Origin: Podarcis cretensis
Taxonomy: Eukaryota
NCBI GenBank assembly: GCA_951804945.1
Contig: OX638154.1
Coordinates: 44,764,001-44,828,000 of the forward strand
Direction: 5' to 3'
DNA: 64,000 nt
The notes beneath the pieces are model-generated. The model worked only from the letters and a program-made list of their open reading frames with translations. It was not told the origin of the DNA and ran no database searches. This document shows, in pieces, positions 63,106-64,000 of the stretch. Made by a program: the position numbers and the translations under genes. How positions within the stretch are numbered: position 1 is the first letter of the stretch; each line of letters starts with the position of its first letter.

Positions 63106-64000
63106 CAGACCAGAACCAGTGCAGAAGAGGTTGTTGTGGGACAGCTGTCTGGTGATATTGGGCCAGAAAATTTGTGTATAAGAGAAAATTTGCATCCTTG
63201 GCCAGGACCAGACTTCATGAGGTCCTTGAAACAATGCTGCCAGTGCCACACTCCTCCCCTCTTTCTGGCCAACAGATTTATGAAATGCAGACTTGGACTC
63301 TCATTTCAAAGTGGCACCACTGCCCATGCACTGCTAAAACACCACCCCTTGGCCAGCACATCTGTAACGGCCAATGAGGGGCCCATCTGATCTCCTAGGG
63401 ACCTTAGCCAATGCCTGACTTGGTCTCCCATTGGAACTGGACCTGTTGTTGGCTGTGCTGCTGTGCTGCTGCAACGTTTTGAGGGGCTCTGCAACATGTG
63501 CATTGTTGGCTCCTTTGAAGTAAGGAGACAGACGCAGAGCATAGAATGTGCTATTTTAAAACATGGCTTTGGAAATGAGTTTGATGTTTAAACACCCACA
63601 TCTTAAGCTGAATGGTTTAAAATGTACGTTTCTTGCTTCTCTTCATGTTTGCTGCATATGGGACAAGGAGCCTTGTGCTGAGTCGGAACAATTGCCCGCC
63701 TACTCTGCCTGGCAACATGTCTTCTTTTCCAGCCTTGCTTCCTGTGACCCTTCCACAGGAGATGGTGGAGCTTTTGTCATGAAATACATGTGTTTTTCTA
63801 CTGATAAATACCCTCTTCTTTGTAACAAAGCCCTGAAGCGGGGTGAGAAAGTCTCAACAAGCAAGGGTTATTAGACGGCCCACAACAGGCTACTGGAGGC
63901 ATCCCAGTCCAAAGGACAGAGCTTCTTGGGAGTTAAAAATTGTGGTTCTCTTGAGAGTTCTGTGACTTGGCTGCAAAACCCTCTGTGTATCTACCATACC

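Noticed and set aside
53620-64000. Additional protein-coding gene (e.g. CCND3 exons) upstream of TAF8
   Set aside because: No ORF or spliced exon chain with recognisable homology; the region is mostly repeats. Non-coding exons cannot be excluded.
1-64000. CRISPR arrays, rRNA, prokaryotic operons
   Set aside because: Vertebrate intron-exon DNA; no repeat-spacer arrays or rRNA-like sequence seen.

Overview
Squamate (probably lacertid lizard, inferred from the Sauria SINEs) genomic DNA. All three genes I can reconstruct lie on the minus strand. (1) A conventional 11-exon CHIA-like GH18 chitinase at 12381->2453 (481 aa: signal peptide, GH18, Thr/Pro linker, CBM14). (2) What looks like two more chitinase genes but splices as ONE 20-exon gene at 37012->19196 (2700 nt CDS, 899 aa): signal peptide, GH18, acidic Pro/Thr linker, second GH18, linker, CBM14, with both DxDxE catalytic motifs intact. 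A tandem double-catalytic-domain chitinase is an unusual architecture for a vertebrate and is the main finding. (3) TAF8 at 50177->44274 (306 aa) with a CpG-rich housekeeping promoter. The rest is intron or intergenic DNA rich in Sauria SINEs, tRNA-Lys/CR1-tail SINEs, RTE/BovB and L1 fragments, hAT and Tigger-like MITEs, a 1.85-kb HAL1-like non-autonomous L1 derivative, and a perfect 40-bp-arm palindrome. Exon coordinates were read by hand from GT-AG sites and reading phase. No transcript or database evidence was available.
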